59,498 nt of DNA from Candidatus Scatosoma sp. (GTDB lineage: Bacteria > Bacillota > Clostridia > Christensenellales > Borkfalkiaceae). This document shows, one piece after another, positions 45,437 through 55,176 of this stretch; the first letter of the stretch is position 1; each line of letters begins with the position of its first letter. The translations under genes were made by a program, and so were the position numbers. The notes beneath the pieces are model-generated. The model saw nothing but the letters and a program-made list of their open reading frames with translations, was not told the DNA's origin and did not search any database. The stretch lies in assembly GCA_045652785.1 (NCBI GenBank), contig JAZOLF010000150.1, positions 1 to 59,498 of the forward strand. Direction: 5' to 3'.

Positions 45437-47452
45437 TTAGCGCCCAGACGAGTACCCAAGAACGCGCTGGCAAATCATTTCCGCGCTTTCTTCCAGCCCC
45501 ATCGCGCTGTTGACCATCAAGTCATAGTTTTGCTTATCCCCCCAAGCCAAACCAGAAATTTGCCCGTAATACTGTGCGCGCGCCGCATCCGAACGCTTGA
45601 CGTTTTTCACCGCGTCGGCGTGCGAATCACCATACACTTCCATAATGCGTTGAACACGGAAATCCATCGGCGCGTAAACGAACACCCGCAGGAGTTCTTC
45701 CCTATCTTTCAACACGTAATCCGCTGCACGTCCAACGATTACACAACTGCCCTGTTCGGCAATTTGCTTGATCACTTTTTCCTGCGCCACGACCGCTCTT
45801 TGCACGACGTCCGTACTCAAATACAATCCGTGCAGCACCGCAGGGCTGTTCGTGTTCAATTCTTCAATGAACTCCTTATGCAAGCCGCTTTCCTGCGCCG
45901 CAAGCGCCATCATCTCCTTATAATAGAAGGGAATGGCCAACTTTTGCGCAACGAGTTGCCCGATCTGTTTGCCAGCCGAACCGTGTTCGCGCGCAATCGT
46001 GATGATAACCCCCCGCTTGGAGCATTGTAACACCGCCCGTTCGCCCTGTTCTTCGCCGCCTTCGCCCGTTTTTTCGCGCAAAGACGTCACAAAAGACACC
46101 GACATAAAGGCGGTTACCACCGCGGCGATTAAATCGGAAATCGGGGCAACGTACAAGATGGTTTCCACGTCTTCAAAGAAGATCGGCAACACCAAAACGA
46201 GCGGCACAAAGCACACTACGTCGCGGATCAAGGACGCCACCACCGCGCGGGATGCTTTCCCTGCCGCTTGGAAGAAAATGGAGTTCATCTTAATCAAACA
46301 ACTAATAGTGATCAGCGAAAGGAAAATCCGCAAAGTTTTTTCCCCGAATTCCCAGTAAGCATCAGGATTTGGGATATTGCTCGGCACACCGAATAACCCG
46401 ACCACGAAACTGGGCGCGAGTTCAAACAGCAACGTAAACACAACCCCGATAATCACGGTACAAACCATAATTTTGCGGTATAATTCTTTCACGCGGGCGT
46501 ACTTTTTCGCCCCCATATTGAAACTAATAATCGGTTGACAACCCAAAGAAATCCCAACCACCAAACCGATAACAACGGTAAAGATTTTGCTTTCAATCCC
46601 GATGATTGCAATGGGGATATCCGCACCGTATTTGGACAGCATCCCGTATTTCGAGAGTTGGATATTGCACAACACCGCCACAATAACGATTGCCACCTGC
46701 GTAACGAAGGTGGACGCCCCCATTTGGATCACGGTTGACATCACGTTCCAGCGGGGCAAGAAACTCTTTTTAGCGAGTTTAAAAGTCTTCGTCTTAAAGA
46801 AGTACGCCACGGTCATAAGGAAGGTTGCACCCTGCCCGATGATGGTGGCAAGCGCCGCACCTTTCATGGCCATCCCAAACCCGAAAATGAACACGGGGTC
46901 AAGAATGATATTGACGATTGCACCCGTCAGCATCGCCCCCATCGCCCAAACGGGATTTCCGTCAGCGCGGATCACCGAGTTCATCATATTGCAAAGAATG
47001 AAAATCGGCATCATAGTAAGCACGATATCGAGATACTCTATGGCATACGCCATAGTGTTTTCGGACGCACCAAACAGCGTCAAAATCGGGGTTTTAAAAG
47101 GGTACACAACCGCCACGATCAACAACCCACACAAGAAAGAAAGAGCGATACTCCCGCCCACGGCAACGTGCGCGCTTTCAGGCTTGTTCCGCCCCTGGCA
47201 AATATTCAAATAGGATGCACAGCCATCCCCAAAACACCACGCAAACGCCTGCGCGATGATAAACAGGGGGAATACTACCCCCGTTGCGGCATTCCCCAGC
47301 GTACTAAGTTCGCTGTTCCCGATAAAAATTTGGTCAACAATGTTGTATAGCGAACTGATCAGCAGGGATAATATACAAGGGATCGAAAACTTCAACATAA
47401 GTTTGTTGATGTTGCCTTTCCCTAAATCTAATACTTGATTTTTCTTTTCCAT
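45437..47452 (-). CDS. MATE-family efflux transporter fused to a C-terminal cytidylate-kinase-like (PF13189-type) domain
   Basis: About 450 aa with 12 hydrophobic segments and a MATE-like start (LMLKFSIPCILSLLISSLYNIVDQIFIG). A charged linker GEGGEEQGE follows, then VIITIAREHGSAGKQIGQLVAQKLAIPFYYKEMM...IVGRAADYVL, the hallmark of the cytidylate-kinase-like family. Confidence 0.8.
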   Translation of the reverse strand: MEKKNQVLDLGKGNINKLMLKFSIPCILSLLISSLYNIVDQIFIGNSELSTLGNAATGVVFPLFIIAQAFAWCFGDGCASYLNICQGRNKPESAHVAVGGSIALSFLCGLLIVAVVYPFKTPILTLFGASENTMAYAIEYLDIVLTMMPIFILCNMMNSVIRADGNPVWAMGAMLTGAIVNIILDPVFIFGFGMAMKGAALATIIGQGATFLMTVAYFFKTKTFKLAKKSFLPRWNVMSTVIQMGASTFVTQVAIVIVAVLCNIQLSKYGMLSKYGADIPIAIIGIESKIFTVVIGLVVGISLGCQPIISFNMGAKKYARVKELYRKIMVCTVIIGVVFTLLFELAPSFVVGLFGVPSNIPNPDAYWEFGEKTLRIFLSLITISCLIKMNSIFFQAAGKASRAVVASLIRDVVCFVPLVLVLPIFFEDVETILYVAPISDLIAAVVTAFMSVSFVTSLREKTGEGGEEQGERAVLQCSKRGVIITIAREHGSAGKQIGQLVAQKLAIPFYYKEMMALAAQESGLHKEFIEELNTNSPAVLHGLYLSTDVVQRAVVAQEKVIKQIAEQGSCVIVGRAADYVLKDREELLRVFVYAPMDFRVQRIMEVYGDSHADAVKNVKRSDAARAQYYGQISGLAWGDKQNYDLMVNSAMGLEESAEMICQRVLGYSSGR

Positions 47453-47561
47453 AAGATGTTTATCCGCCCTAAAAAAGGAAAGTTTTCAAAAATGAGTTTA
47501 GATACACTTTAAGGCTTTGTAAGCGTTTTATCGGCTTTTTTGAAGGCTTAACGCGTTATAA

Positions 47562-47605
47562 AAATACACGCCACGAAAGCACAAGTCTTCGCAGCGTGTA
47601 TTTTT
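47562..47605 (-). terminator. long hairpin / bidirectional terminator at the 3' end of glycan locus 2
   Basis: aaaatacacgc ... gcgtgtatttt outer stem (47562-47605) with an inner cgaa(a)g/cttcg pairing. T-run on plus, A-run before it. Confidence 0.55.
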
Positions 47606-47607
47606 CA

Positions 47608-48234
47608 TTATTCTGCCATCGCTTCAACAATCGTTAATGCAATCGTTGTCGTGGCGGTTTTACCATTGTATTCCACCATCACGGCAATCGTCGTTTCGCC
47701 CACTGCTTCCGCCGATAAAATACCGTTTGAAACGGATGCAATCTCGGACGCTACGGCGTATTCTACCTGCGCGTCTTCTATAACGGTATCGCCAAGCTTC
47801 ACCGTTACCGACATCGAAAGTGTATCGCCCTTATAGAGCGTTATCGAATTCCCCGCGTAAGACGCAGAAACGGAAAGCACCGGCTCTACGCCCTTCGCAA
47901 CAACTTTCACCAAGCACATCGCCGATTTGCCCGCAAATTCCGCATAACAAATCGTCTGCCCTTCCGCAATCGCCGTAACCACGCCGCTATCGCTAATCGT
48001 CGCTACCTGCGGATCACGCACCGACCAAAAAACATATACGTTCGGTTTGGACGTTACAACTTCAAGCTGAAGGCTCTCGCCCACCTGCAAGGTGATTTCG
48101 TTGTCCACGAATTCAATGGTATTTTCCTTCTTTTGTTCGCTGCCACTTGAACTATCCTGCGTTTTACCGCCGCAAGCCGTAAAACAGCACACACTCAAAA
48201 GCATTGCAAGCAAAACACTCAATAATTTTTTCAT
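47608..48234 (-). CDS. lipoprotein with two Big_2 (bacterial Ig-like group 2) domains
   Basis: Lipobox CFTAC-GG. ITLQVGESLQLEV...WSVRDPQVATISDSGVVTAIAEGQTICYAE fits the Big_2 pattern. Confidence 0.7.
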   Translation of the reverse strand: MKKLLSVLLAMLLSVCCFTACGGKTQDSSSGSEQKKENTIEFVDNEITLQVGESLQLEVVTSKPNVYVFWSVRDPQVATISDSGVVTAIAEGQTICYAEFAGKSAMCLVKVVAKGVEPVLSVSASYAGNSITLYKGDTLSMSVTVKLGDTVIEDAQVEYAVASEIASVSNGILSAEAVGETTIAVMVEYNGKTATTTIALTIVEAMAE

Positions 48235-48249
48235 CGTTCACACACCTCC

Positions 48250-50187
48250 TTAATCAAGAAGATCGCCAAAGTCTGCGCCTTCCTGAAGTTCAGAAATCTT
48301 GAACAGGTTGACGTAATACTTGAAATCAGCGCGCATTTGGGCGATTTCAGCCTCGGAATAATACGACGGCACAATACGAATCTTCATATAGATAACCGAC
48401 AGGCGTTCCTTCATGATTCTATTCTTCAAGGAAAGATATAAGTCGGGGTCGCTCGTTTCGTATTTCGCAATGCTTGCAAGAGCCTTATCGAACATTTCGT
48501 CCATCTTTTCCACAACGGGCTGATTCCACAAAACGTTGTTGTAGATATCGCCGTAAATGCCGCCCGATTCGGGGCTGACGATGTTCTGATAGTACGCGTA
48601 TCTATCACGCATAATTTCATAATAGCCGTAAAGATATTCCGCCGCATCCTTATAGTACGCGGACATGAACTTACGCACCAAGTCGTCGTACGATTGATCC
48701 AAATCCCACATCAAAGACGATTCTACGTATGAACGCATTTCTTGGAAACAAGCGGTATAGGAGTCCGCAGCCTGCGAAGTCATACACGCTACACCAAGTT
48801 CCTTACACGTTTCGTACATCCCTTTTGCCGTACCGAAGTTATTGAAGTTAATCATATAGTTACGGAAGTTGATGTCGTAGAGATACATAATCAACTGTCC
48901 GTCTGCGATTGCACTCCATTCCTTGAGATTCTTATAAACGTCCGCGTTCTTATCACTGTTGATCTGGTACGCGAAGTTCGCGCCAATCGGTGCATAGAAG
49001 ATATACAAATCATCCACGGGATCAACGTATTCGCTATAAGGCACAACCTTGCCGTCCGACGTCGTTTTGATGGGCGCTTCTTCCGTTCCGTAATACGCGT
49101 AAACAATGTATTTTACGTTTCTACCAGGCTCGTTTTCGGCAAGCCATCCGTTCGCGAGCGCGATTACCTTGTTCATGAACATAACCTGCAAGCCTGCAGG
49201 GTTCTTTGCGTACTGCGTCATCGTATCTTTGCAATTCGCACAGTTACAGCTACTGAGATTATCCTCTTGCCCGAACATGAAATATTCCGCTTCGGGATAC
49301 TTCTGGAAGAATTCGATGAAACGATTTGCCACCTGTCTTTCCAGTTCCTCGCCTGCCGTCCAGCAAAGTTGCATTTCCTTCGTGCCGTAGCCGTAGAACC
49401 AGTCGGGGTGGTGCTGGTAATAGGTCTTGCCTTCACAGCCGTCCAACCCGCACTTACATTTTGAATCGGGCACGATGTATTGCGAAACCTGACCATGCCC
49501 CCAAGTGATTAAACCAAAGGATTCGCCGGGGCAAATCATACGGTAGCGCATGGTGGTGAGCCTATCATCGCGAAGGTCCGACTTGGTAAGCATACGCATT
49601 TCAAAGGTCGGATTCACGATATAGCCCGTGTAATTATACAAGGGAATTTCCTTCGTTTGCTTGCAGTAGATTTCATCCGCCGCGTAGAACTCATAGTCCA
49701 CCGCATCCTGCAAGAAATCATACACGCCGTAAAGTACGCCGTTGCTACTCGTGTTATCGGGGCAGGAAATATAAACGCTCTTCCCCACCGTCTTGATGTA
49801 ATAGCCCGATTCCATAACGTCCGTTTCAAGCAGCGTTATCCCAACGTTTTCATCCCACAGGTCGGTATGCCCTAAGGAAATTACGCGGGTACGGTCCACC
49901 AAATCGCTTTCCGCAAGCACGGGAATACTGTTCCCCGTAGCCTTACGAAGATTATCCGCAAGCTCCGTTGCCGCAAAGCTTTCGTAATAGTTTGCATCGT
50001 CACGAATCAAGATGGAGTATTCGCTGATACCGCTCTCGTAGAGATATTCACCCGGAACAGCCGTAAGCTGCGGCTGTTGGGTTGCAACGCCGTCCTGCGG
50101 AGCTTCCACCTCTCCGCACGCAACGCCCGTGAAACAGAGAACGGAGCATACGACTGACGTAACAATCTTAAACAGTTTCTTGTTCAT
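48250..50187 (-). CDS. DUF4838-like (GH20b/GH67N-type N-domain) glycosidase-like lipoprotein
   Basis: Lipobox TGVAC-GE. The N-terminal EYSILIRDDANYYESFAATELADNLRKATGNSIPVL resembles DUF4838 starts. Assignment from memory only. Confidence 0.45.
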   Translation of the reverse strand: MNKKLFKIVTSVVCSVLCFTGVACGEVEAPQDGVATQQPQLTAVPGEYLYESGISEYSILIRDDANYYESFAATELADNLRKATGNSIPVLAESDLVDRTRVISLGHTDLWDENVGITLLETDVMESGYYIKTVGKSVYISCPDNTSSNGVLYGVYDFLQDAVDYEFYAADEIYCKQTKEIPLYNYTGYIVNPTFEMRMLTKSDLRDDRLTTMRYRMICPGESFGLITWGHGQVSQYIVPDSKCKCGLDGCEGKTYYQHHPDWFYGYGTKEMQLCWTAGEELERQVANRFIEFFQKYPEAEYFMFGQEDNLSSCNCANCKDTMTQYAKNPAGLQVMFMNKVIALANGWLAENEPGRNVKYIVYAYYGTEEAPIKTTSDGKVVPYSEYVDPVDDLYIFYAPIGANFAYQINSDKNADVYKNLKEWSAIADGQLIMYLYDINFRNYMINFNNFGTAKGMYETCKELGVACMTSQAADSYTACFQEMRSYVESSLMWDLDQSYDDLVRKFMSAYYKDAAEYLYGYYEIMRDRYAYYQNIVSPESGGIYGDIYNNVLWNQPVVEKMDEMFDKALASIAKYETSDPDLYLSLKNRIMKERLSVIYMKIRIVPSYYSEAEIAQMRADFKYYVNLFKISELQEGADFGDLLD

Positions 50188-50198
50188 TTCCGTCCTCC

Positions 50199-53100
50199 TT
50201 ATTTCACGATAAATTCAATTTCTTTGACGGTATAATTATAATACTCGTCAGTTGCCATAATTCTCAAAACGTACTTGCCCTTCTGCAATGCTACGAATGT
50301 ATCCTCGTCCGCCTTGAAATTGCTGTTGTAAAGGTCGTTGTCCTTGCTAAGAAGCGACGTCTTATTGCCGTTTTCTACGTAATGCAGCAAACGCATTTCG
50401 TTGTTGGGCAAAATCAGCATCACTTGCACCTTGCAGTTTCCGCCGTTGTCGGTTGCAGAGTAGGTGGGAATTTTAATCTTATCCCCCTGCTTATATTCGC
50501 TACCAAGCGAACCAACCGAGAGCGTAGGCGCAGTTTCGTCCCTGACGAACAATACGTAAGGGATTTCGTAGCCGTTGTCGTTTGAGTCCTTCGCGTAATA
50601 AGTGACCATGTAATAGCCGTCCTTATCAAGCATAAGATCCAGGGGCTTCGTCGCATCGCCCGATGCGAGCACCTGACCGTTGAGCTTTACCGTAACGGTG
50701 AATTCCCTAATTTGACCAAGCACGTCAAACGCCTTTGCCGTAGGAATGTTCGCCTTTGTTCCCAAACGCTGACGGAGTTCGAAGGGTTCGTCGAGAATGA
50801 TAATCGGCTCAACGTCTTCTTCGTCCCATCTTGAAGGGTCTGGATTGTTTTTGTTGTGACCAAGCGATTGGTTGGAAATTTGCGTAATTTTAATGTTTGT
50901 TCGCTCCGCTACGTCTTCAAACGCAATACGCACGTAAATCAAATCGGAGAAGCCCGCAAACGGCTCGCCGTTGTCATAAGATACAACGTTCGCTACCGTT
51001 TCGCCGCTCGCGTCCAAGATTTTACCGCCGTTCCCTGAAAGCTCGAAGGGCAAAATTCCCTTACTGGTTACATACGAAGACTTTTTGCCCCCTTGCAGCT
51101 GTATAAACCAAGCATCCTCCGCCTTATCGTAATAGAGGCGCACCGTCACCGAAAGACTGAGATCTTCCGCATCCGTGAGCGTAATCGCCATTGACGAGAA
51201 GAAAATATCCGTCGATGTGTACGACATCGCCATGCTGAATCCACGAGAATACAACGCGTTGATGAAGTTCACCGCAGAATCCTCTTCAAAGCTGAGGTTC
51301 AAATAACTCTTTTCCATCGTGAAGGTGACGTCGTTTTCGCTGTAGAAGTATCTATCCTTGTACGTGCCGTAGTCGGTGTCAACGACGGTCAAGGTCGTGG
51401 ACCATTCTTCCGTCCCCGTCACGCCTTCCGCTACGTACTTGATTTCCATCGTTTCGCCGTCCGCTTCAAACGAGCCGTTCACAAGCTCGCCGTTCACGTA
51501 GGTCTTGCACACAAGCTCTACAATCTCCCCGCCTACCGTTTCTACTGCGAAAACTTCGGGTAAATCATATACAAATCCCTTAATCAATCTTGCATTCAAT
51601 ACGGGGGGTTCCACAAACTTAGGTGCGGAAATCGCCATAGAACGAATGGTGATAACGCCGTATTCTACATTACCCAAATAATCGGTTACGGTGAATACTA
51701 CCTTATAATCGCCAAGCTGTGAAAGCGTCAGCTTATCCTTGACGTCAAGCGTCTTGCCCGCAGGATCGCATACCGTTCGCTCAATCGAGAGCACACCGCT
51801 GCCGCCGAAAGCCCGCATCTCTTCCGCCGTGGGAATATCCACCGTTTCATATACGTCCGCTTCAATCAAAGAATCGTCAATCGCAATAAAGATGTTCGGC
51901 TTGCCGTTTACAGCTTGAATTTCAATGGTTTCTTCCGCAACGTTGCCCGTGTAGTCCTCTACGTGATAGACGATTTCGTACGTGCCTGCGTATTTGACGA
52001 AGAAACCGTCGCCGTCGTTTGCCACCGTAATCTTTCTGCCCTGCGCGTCCTTGTAATATACCCATACGTTGGACAGTACGTCCTTATCAAGCGCATCTCT
52101 TACCGTGAAGGGGAAGATGGGGAATTTCTTTCCCACCTCCGCCACGGGAAGCTTTTGCGATTTATCATATCCAAGAAAAATTTCAGGCGCGAGGCTGTCC
52201 TCGATTTCCTGCGACAAATCGTAATCGCCAAACGATTTAATCAGCACCTTGCCCTCTACCTTCGAGAATGCGCTTGCCGTAACGGTGACGGTGACTTCGT
52301 CGGACGTGAAGCCGCCCCAAGGATTGCTCTTGTAGTGCGCCACATCGTCCAAATCGTTGACAAGCTGGTTGTCGGTCGATTCAACGGAAAGAGGACCGCA
52401 ATAAATCTTTTTCGATTCGTTATCGATTGCAATCGTCAAGGAATGTTCGGAAACAGCTTGGTTCTTCGGGTTGTTACGGGGATCTTCCCAGTTCTCCCTA
52501 TCGTTATACTTGAACGCCGTTGCACGGAAGCTGTGCTCAATCTGCGTGCCGTAGTTCGCCGTGTGATAGGTCGAGCCTTCGTAGCCGCCGTACTGCTGTC
52601 CGTTTGCGCCTGCTCTCACGTAGGAAACCATCCCTGATCCGTCAACAACGTTCGAGGAATTAATGATGATTTCTACAAAGTTTTCCTTGTCTTCCGCATC
52701 CGCAACGCGAACGGTCAAACGTTCAAAATCCGTTTCCTTGAAAACGCTGGGCATAACAATCATATCGATGATGTTATAATTCGCCGTCAGTTTTTCCGTT
52801 TTTACATTTGCCGCAAAGCCGATTGTCTGCCCTGCCTTGAAGGTGACAATCGCGCCATACACGTCGTTTTGGATAGTATAGGGGCTTTCTACGTAGTATT
52901 TGCCGTAGTCCACACTCATTCTCTCATCCGCGATGACAACGTCCTGCGGACGACGGATTGCAAGATAGTTTTCCGTCTTTGTTACACGCTCGCCGCCCAC
53001 CGTCGCAAAGTACGTGATCGCATACCTGCCTGCCTGTTCCACAGTGAATTTCTCGCCGCCGAATACACTGCTGCTAGGATAAGCGACCTGAATTTTATCC

Positions 53101-53300
53101 GCCTTTACTCCTGAAATAGTATAGTCTTCCGCTTCAATTACGTCACCGATATGCAGAACGTTCGATGTGCTCTGCGGTTGCGATTCCGCACTCGCGGTCT
53201 TAGCATCCCACGCAAAGAACGCGGACGATAAGCTGAGAGCGCACGTCGCTATAAGGGTGAATACCGAGCGGAAATGTTTTGATTTTCGCATTGTTTTCAT
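50199..53300 (-). CDS. 1033-aa secreted protein with several Ig-like/HYR-like modules
   Basis: Type I signal peptide (...AWDAKTASA-ES). Repeated ~90-aa modules end in patterns like GTYEIVYHVEDYTGNVAEETIEIQAV, GDYKVVFTVTDYLGNVEYGVITIRS and GKYVLRIMATDEYYNYTVKEIEFIV. Confidence 0.6.
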   Translation of the reverse strand: MKTMRKSKHFRSVFTLIATCALSLSSAFFAWDAKTASAESQPQSTSNVLHIGDVIEAEDYTISGVKADKIQVAYPSSSVFGGEKFTVEQAGRYAITYFATVGGERVTKTENYLAIRRPQDVVIADERMSVDYGKYYVESPYTIQNDVYGAIVTFKAGQTIGFAANVKTEKLTANYNIIDMIVMPSVFKETDFERLTVRVADAEDKENFVEIIINSSNVVDGSGMVSYVRAGANGQQYGGYEGSTYHTANYGTQIEHSFRATAFKYNDRENWEDPRNNPKNQAVSEHSLTIAIDNESKKIYCGPLSVESTDNQLVNDLDDVAHYKSNPWGGFTSDEVTVTVTASAFSKVEGKVLIKSFGDYDLSQEIEDSLAPEIFLGYDKSQKLPVAEVGKKFPIFPFTVRDALDKDVLSNVWVYYKDAQGRKITVANDGDGFFVKYAGTYEIVYHVEDYTGNVAEETIEIQAVNGKPNIFIAIDDSLIEADVYETVDIPTAEEMRAFGGSGVLSIERTVCDPAGKTLDVKDKLTLSQLGDYKVVFTVTDYLGNVEYGVITIRSMAISAPKFVEPPVLNARLIKGFVYDLPEVFAVETVGGEIVELVCKTYVNGELVNGSFEADGETMEIKYVAEGVTGTEEWSTTLTVVDTDYGTYKDRYFYSENDVTFTMEKSYLNLSFEEDSAVNFINALYSRGFSMAMSYTSTDIFFSSMAITLTDAEDLSLSVTVRLYYDKAEDAWFIQLQGGKKSSYVTSKGILPFELSGNGGKILDASGETVANVVSYDNGEPFAGFSDLIYVRIAFEDVAERTNIKITQISNQSLGHNKNNPDPSRWDEEDVEPIIILDEPFELRQRLGTKANIPTAKAFDVLGQIREFTVTVKLNGQVLASGDATKPLDLMLDKDGYYMVTYYAKDSNDNGYEIPYVLFVRDETAPTLSVGSLGSEYKQGDKIKIPTYSATDNGGNCKVQVMLILPNNEMRLLHYVENGNKTSLLSKDNDLYNSNFKADEDTFVALQKGKYVLRIMATDEYYNYTVKEIEFIVK

Positions 53301-54224
53301 TTATCCTTTAATCCCCCCAACAGAAAGATTTACGTTGAGTTTTTTGTTGAAAATTGCATAGAAAATTACGATGGGGAACGCCATCAAGCAAATCCCTGCA
53401 AGCTTTGTAGGTACGTTTGCTACCTCGTTGATAGACGTGTTTTGGAAATGGTACATACCATACGCCGCCACAGGATGTGAGGGCAGGTATACCATCGGGA
53501 TTTGAAAATCGTTCCAGTAAGAGATGAATGTCAAAACGAATACGGTAGCAACCGTACCCGTCGCCAAAGGAACGATAATCTTCGTCATGATTGTGAAGGG
53601 GTTTGCACCGTCGATTTTCGCTGCCTCCGTGTAGTCCCGAGGGATCATCTTGAACTGCGCGTAAAAAATCAAGAAATAAGTATTCAAGAAGGAAGCACGC
53701 ATAATCCAAATCCCAGGGAATGTATCAAAGATACCTAATGCTTGCGCAACCGCGATTTCACTGGGCATCGAGCCTACGATAGGCAACGCCATCGTCACTA
53801 GTACGAACGCGTAAATAACATTCGAGAATTTATAATTGAAACGAGCCGTCGCATAGCCGATGACCAGCGAAGAAAGGGTTACCGCCGCCGCGCAACCAAT
53901 CGAATACACGATAGAGTTTATAAACTGTTGAATAATGTTGTAGCTAAAGTCAAGTTTGTTTGGACCAACGTCTTCCACAAGCACGTAGAAGTACTTATAC
54001 GCAGTGCCGTAGTTTTTGAAGGTCGCGCCCATCTTCGGCAGCCATAACGCGTTACCGACAATCGCGCCGTCCTTTTCAAAATAGAGATATTCTGTGTTCG
54101 ATTTCGTCGTAGTCATGAGCGTCCAGAACAAAGGAATGACCATCGTCAACGTGTACGCCACCAAAACAACGGCAAGTACGATTGCGAAAACGTTTATTTT
54201 AATTTTCTTTTTCTTCGTTTCCAT
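53301..54224 (-). CDS. carbohydrate ABC transporter permease (LplC/MalG-like)
   Basis: EAA loop EAAKIDGANPFTIMTKIIVPLATG. Six TM segments. Its start overlaps the upstream stop by 1 nt (TAATG). Confidence 0.85.
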   Translation of the reverse strand: METKKKKIKINVFAIVLAVVLVAYTLTMVIPLFWTLMTTTKSNTEYLYFEKDGAIVGNALWLPKMGATFKNYGTAYKYFYVLVEDVGPNKLDFSYNIIQQFINSIVYSIGCAAAVTLSSLVIGYATARFNYKFSNVIYAFVLVTMALPIVGSMPSEIAVAQALGIFDTFPGIWIMRASFLNTYFLIFYAQFKMIPRDYTEAAKIDGANPFTIMTKIIVPLATGTVATVFVLTFISYWNDFQIPMVYLPSHPVAAYGMYHFQNTSINEVANVPTKLAGICLMAFPIVIFYAIFNKKLNVNLSVGGIKG

Positions 54225-55138
54225 TATTCGTCACCCACTGCATTCAAAAGCTTACGAGCAAGCAACGTCAACGGGAATGCAATCAACGTACAAACGATAC
54301 CGAGCGCACTCGCATACGTGTACATCGTTTTACCGTTCCCCGTCTTATTGACAAGCACGAACAAATAGTAGCCGATTGTATAATTTGAATAATCTACCTT
54401 CTCGCCAAAGAACGCGTAAAGATTCGCTTGGTTGGTGAAGAGAGTTGCAATATTCGCAATAACGAAGGTGGATATCGTCGGCAAAATTATCGGCACGACA
54501 ATCGAAAAGAATTCGCGTATCGTGGTTACGCCATCCACCTTGCCCGCTTCAATAATTTCAGGAGAAATTTGATCCATCGCGCCTGTGTAAATCAAAAGCT
54601 GCGCACCAAAGCAAATCCAAACGTTATAGAAGATAACGGTGGGCATTAACGAATTTTTCCCGATGAATAGACCTTCTATCGGCTTGCCTGTGAATGTTTC
54701 TACGTACCCAGGAATTGCTTCGTTTGCAAAGAATTTGAATACGATTACCAAAAGAATGGAAGGCAACACCGAAGGCAAGAACAAGAAGAACTTAAATGTC
54801 TTCGCCAAGGCCCATTTTTTGTAGATGTAATACGCGAATACAATCGCCAAGAACGTACCCACCACCGTCGTATAAAACCATACGATAAGAGAATTTTTAA
54901 ACGCATCGCGAATGATTGACGTCTCCGTCAACTCACTCCAAAGCCGAACGAAGTTCGCTGAGAAATCCCACGTGAATTTGTCCGCGAGCGTATCGTACGT
55001 CTTAAAGGACATCAACACGCTGTTGAAGTTTACGTAGAAATAAAATATCACTACCTGCAAAACAGGCAGGGCTATGAGCAAGCAATAGAAGATACACTCA
55101 CTCATGTCACCCTTTCTTGTTTTTTGATTCTTTTGCAT
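54224..55138 (-). CDS. carbohydrate ABC transporter permease (LplB/MalF-like)
   Basis: EAA loop EAGKVDGVTTIREFFSIVVPIILP. Six TM segments. Confidence 0.85.
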   Translation of the reverse strand: MQKNQKTRKGDMSECIFYCLLIALPVLQVVIFYFYVNFNSVLMSFKTYDTLADKFTWDFSANFVRLWSELTETSIIRDAFKNSLIVWFYTTVVGTFLAIVFAYYIYKKWALAKTFKFFLFLPSVLPSILLVIVFKFFANEAIPGYVETFTGKPIEGLFIGKNSLMPTVIFYNVWICFGAQLLIYTGAMDQISPEIIEAGKVDGVTTIREFFSIVVPIILPTISTFVIANIATLFTNQANLYAFFGEKVDYSNYTIGYYLFVLVNKTGNGKTMYTYASALGIVCTLIAFPLTLLARKLLNAVGDE

Positions 55139-55176
55139 ATAAAATGCACCTCTGTCTTATTTATTAGTTTGTAAAA

